Under the pieces are notes generated by a model. That model was not told the origin of the DNA, searched no databases, and saw only the letters and a list, made by a program, of their open reading frames with translations. A DNA stretch of 64,000 bases. Origin: Camelus dromedarius. Taxonomy: Eukaryota. This document shows positions 63,481-64,000 of this stretch, in pieces. Made by a program: the position numbers and the translations under genes. Within the stretch, counting starts at the first letter, position 1; each line of letters begins with the position of its first letter. The stretch is from the NCBI RefSeq assembly GCF_036321535.1, contig NC_087437.1:51090001-51154000 (forward strand). The letters run 5' to 3'.

Positions 63481-64000
63481 GTACCTTTAGTATCACTGGA
63501 GCTGGGAGGATTCAGCAGGATGTTCAAACCCACCATCTGCTCAACAAGGGTGAGGGGCTGCTTTTAAAAACCCAGCCTTTGCTTGGACACTCCAGGTGAG
63601 CAGGAGCTTAGCACTGCATGAGGCTCACCCACTGCAGTCAATTCTAATTATTAGAAAGTGTTTCCTTCCCTAAGCTGAAGCTATCTCCCTGCAAGCTCTG
63701 CCCCTTGTCCACTCCTGGCACTTGGATCATCAGCCATTTGAAGCCGCTGCACACCCAGGACCTCTGGCCTTCCGGGCCCGTCACCATTCAGCCCTTCCAG
63801 CTGGTTCAGGGACCCCGTCATGCAGCAGTCAGTACTGTCCACTGCCTGGCTAGGGCCCCAGCGCTGCGGCTCAGTGCCTGCCCTGCGCCTGACATCCCCA
63901 TCTGTGTTTCTGCAGCTCAGCTTGAACACGTGTCCCTGAACACAAGACCCAGCCTGCAACAGCCCCTCCCCACTGAGTTCTTAAAACCTGCATGGCCGTC

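Overview
Mammalian genomic DNA, most likely camelid (inferred from three tRNA-Ala(AGC)-derived Vic-1-type SINEs). The + strand carries the last 24 coding exons of YEATS2 (3441-54839, probably exons 8-31 by comparison with the human gene from memory). All introns are GT-AG, and the phases join into one open frame of 3418 nt: a split codon, 1138 aa and a stop. It encodes the end of the YEATS domain, a long S/T/G/Q-rich region with a Gly/Ser tract, and the C-terminal histone-fold region. A ~1.65 kb 3' UTR follows. The - strand carries the last two coding exons and 3' UTR of the convergent gene MAP6D1; its exon 1 lies beyond the window. Introns hold L1, L2, MIR, hAT, LTR and SINE remnants, a full-length U6 retropseudogene and microsatellites. 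I see no novel protein-coding gene, CRISPR array or prokaryote-type system. The most interesting signals are RNA-level hypotheses: inverted young L1 3' ends bracketing a 693-nt, phase-symmetric, stop-free four-exon block; a competing local L1/L1 hairpin; a candidate UG-repeat-repressed poison exon; and an intronic UPRE-CRE-UPRE cluster. Repeat family names and boundaries are by eye and approximate unless a target-site duplication (TSD) is given.
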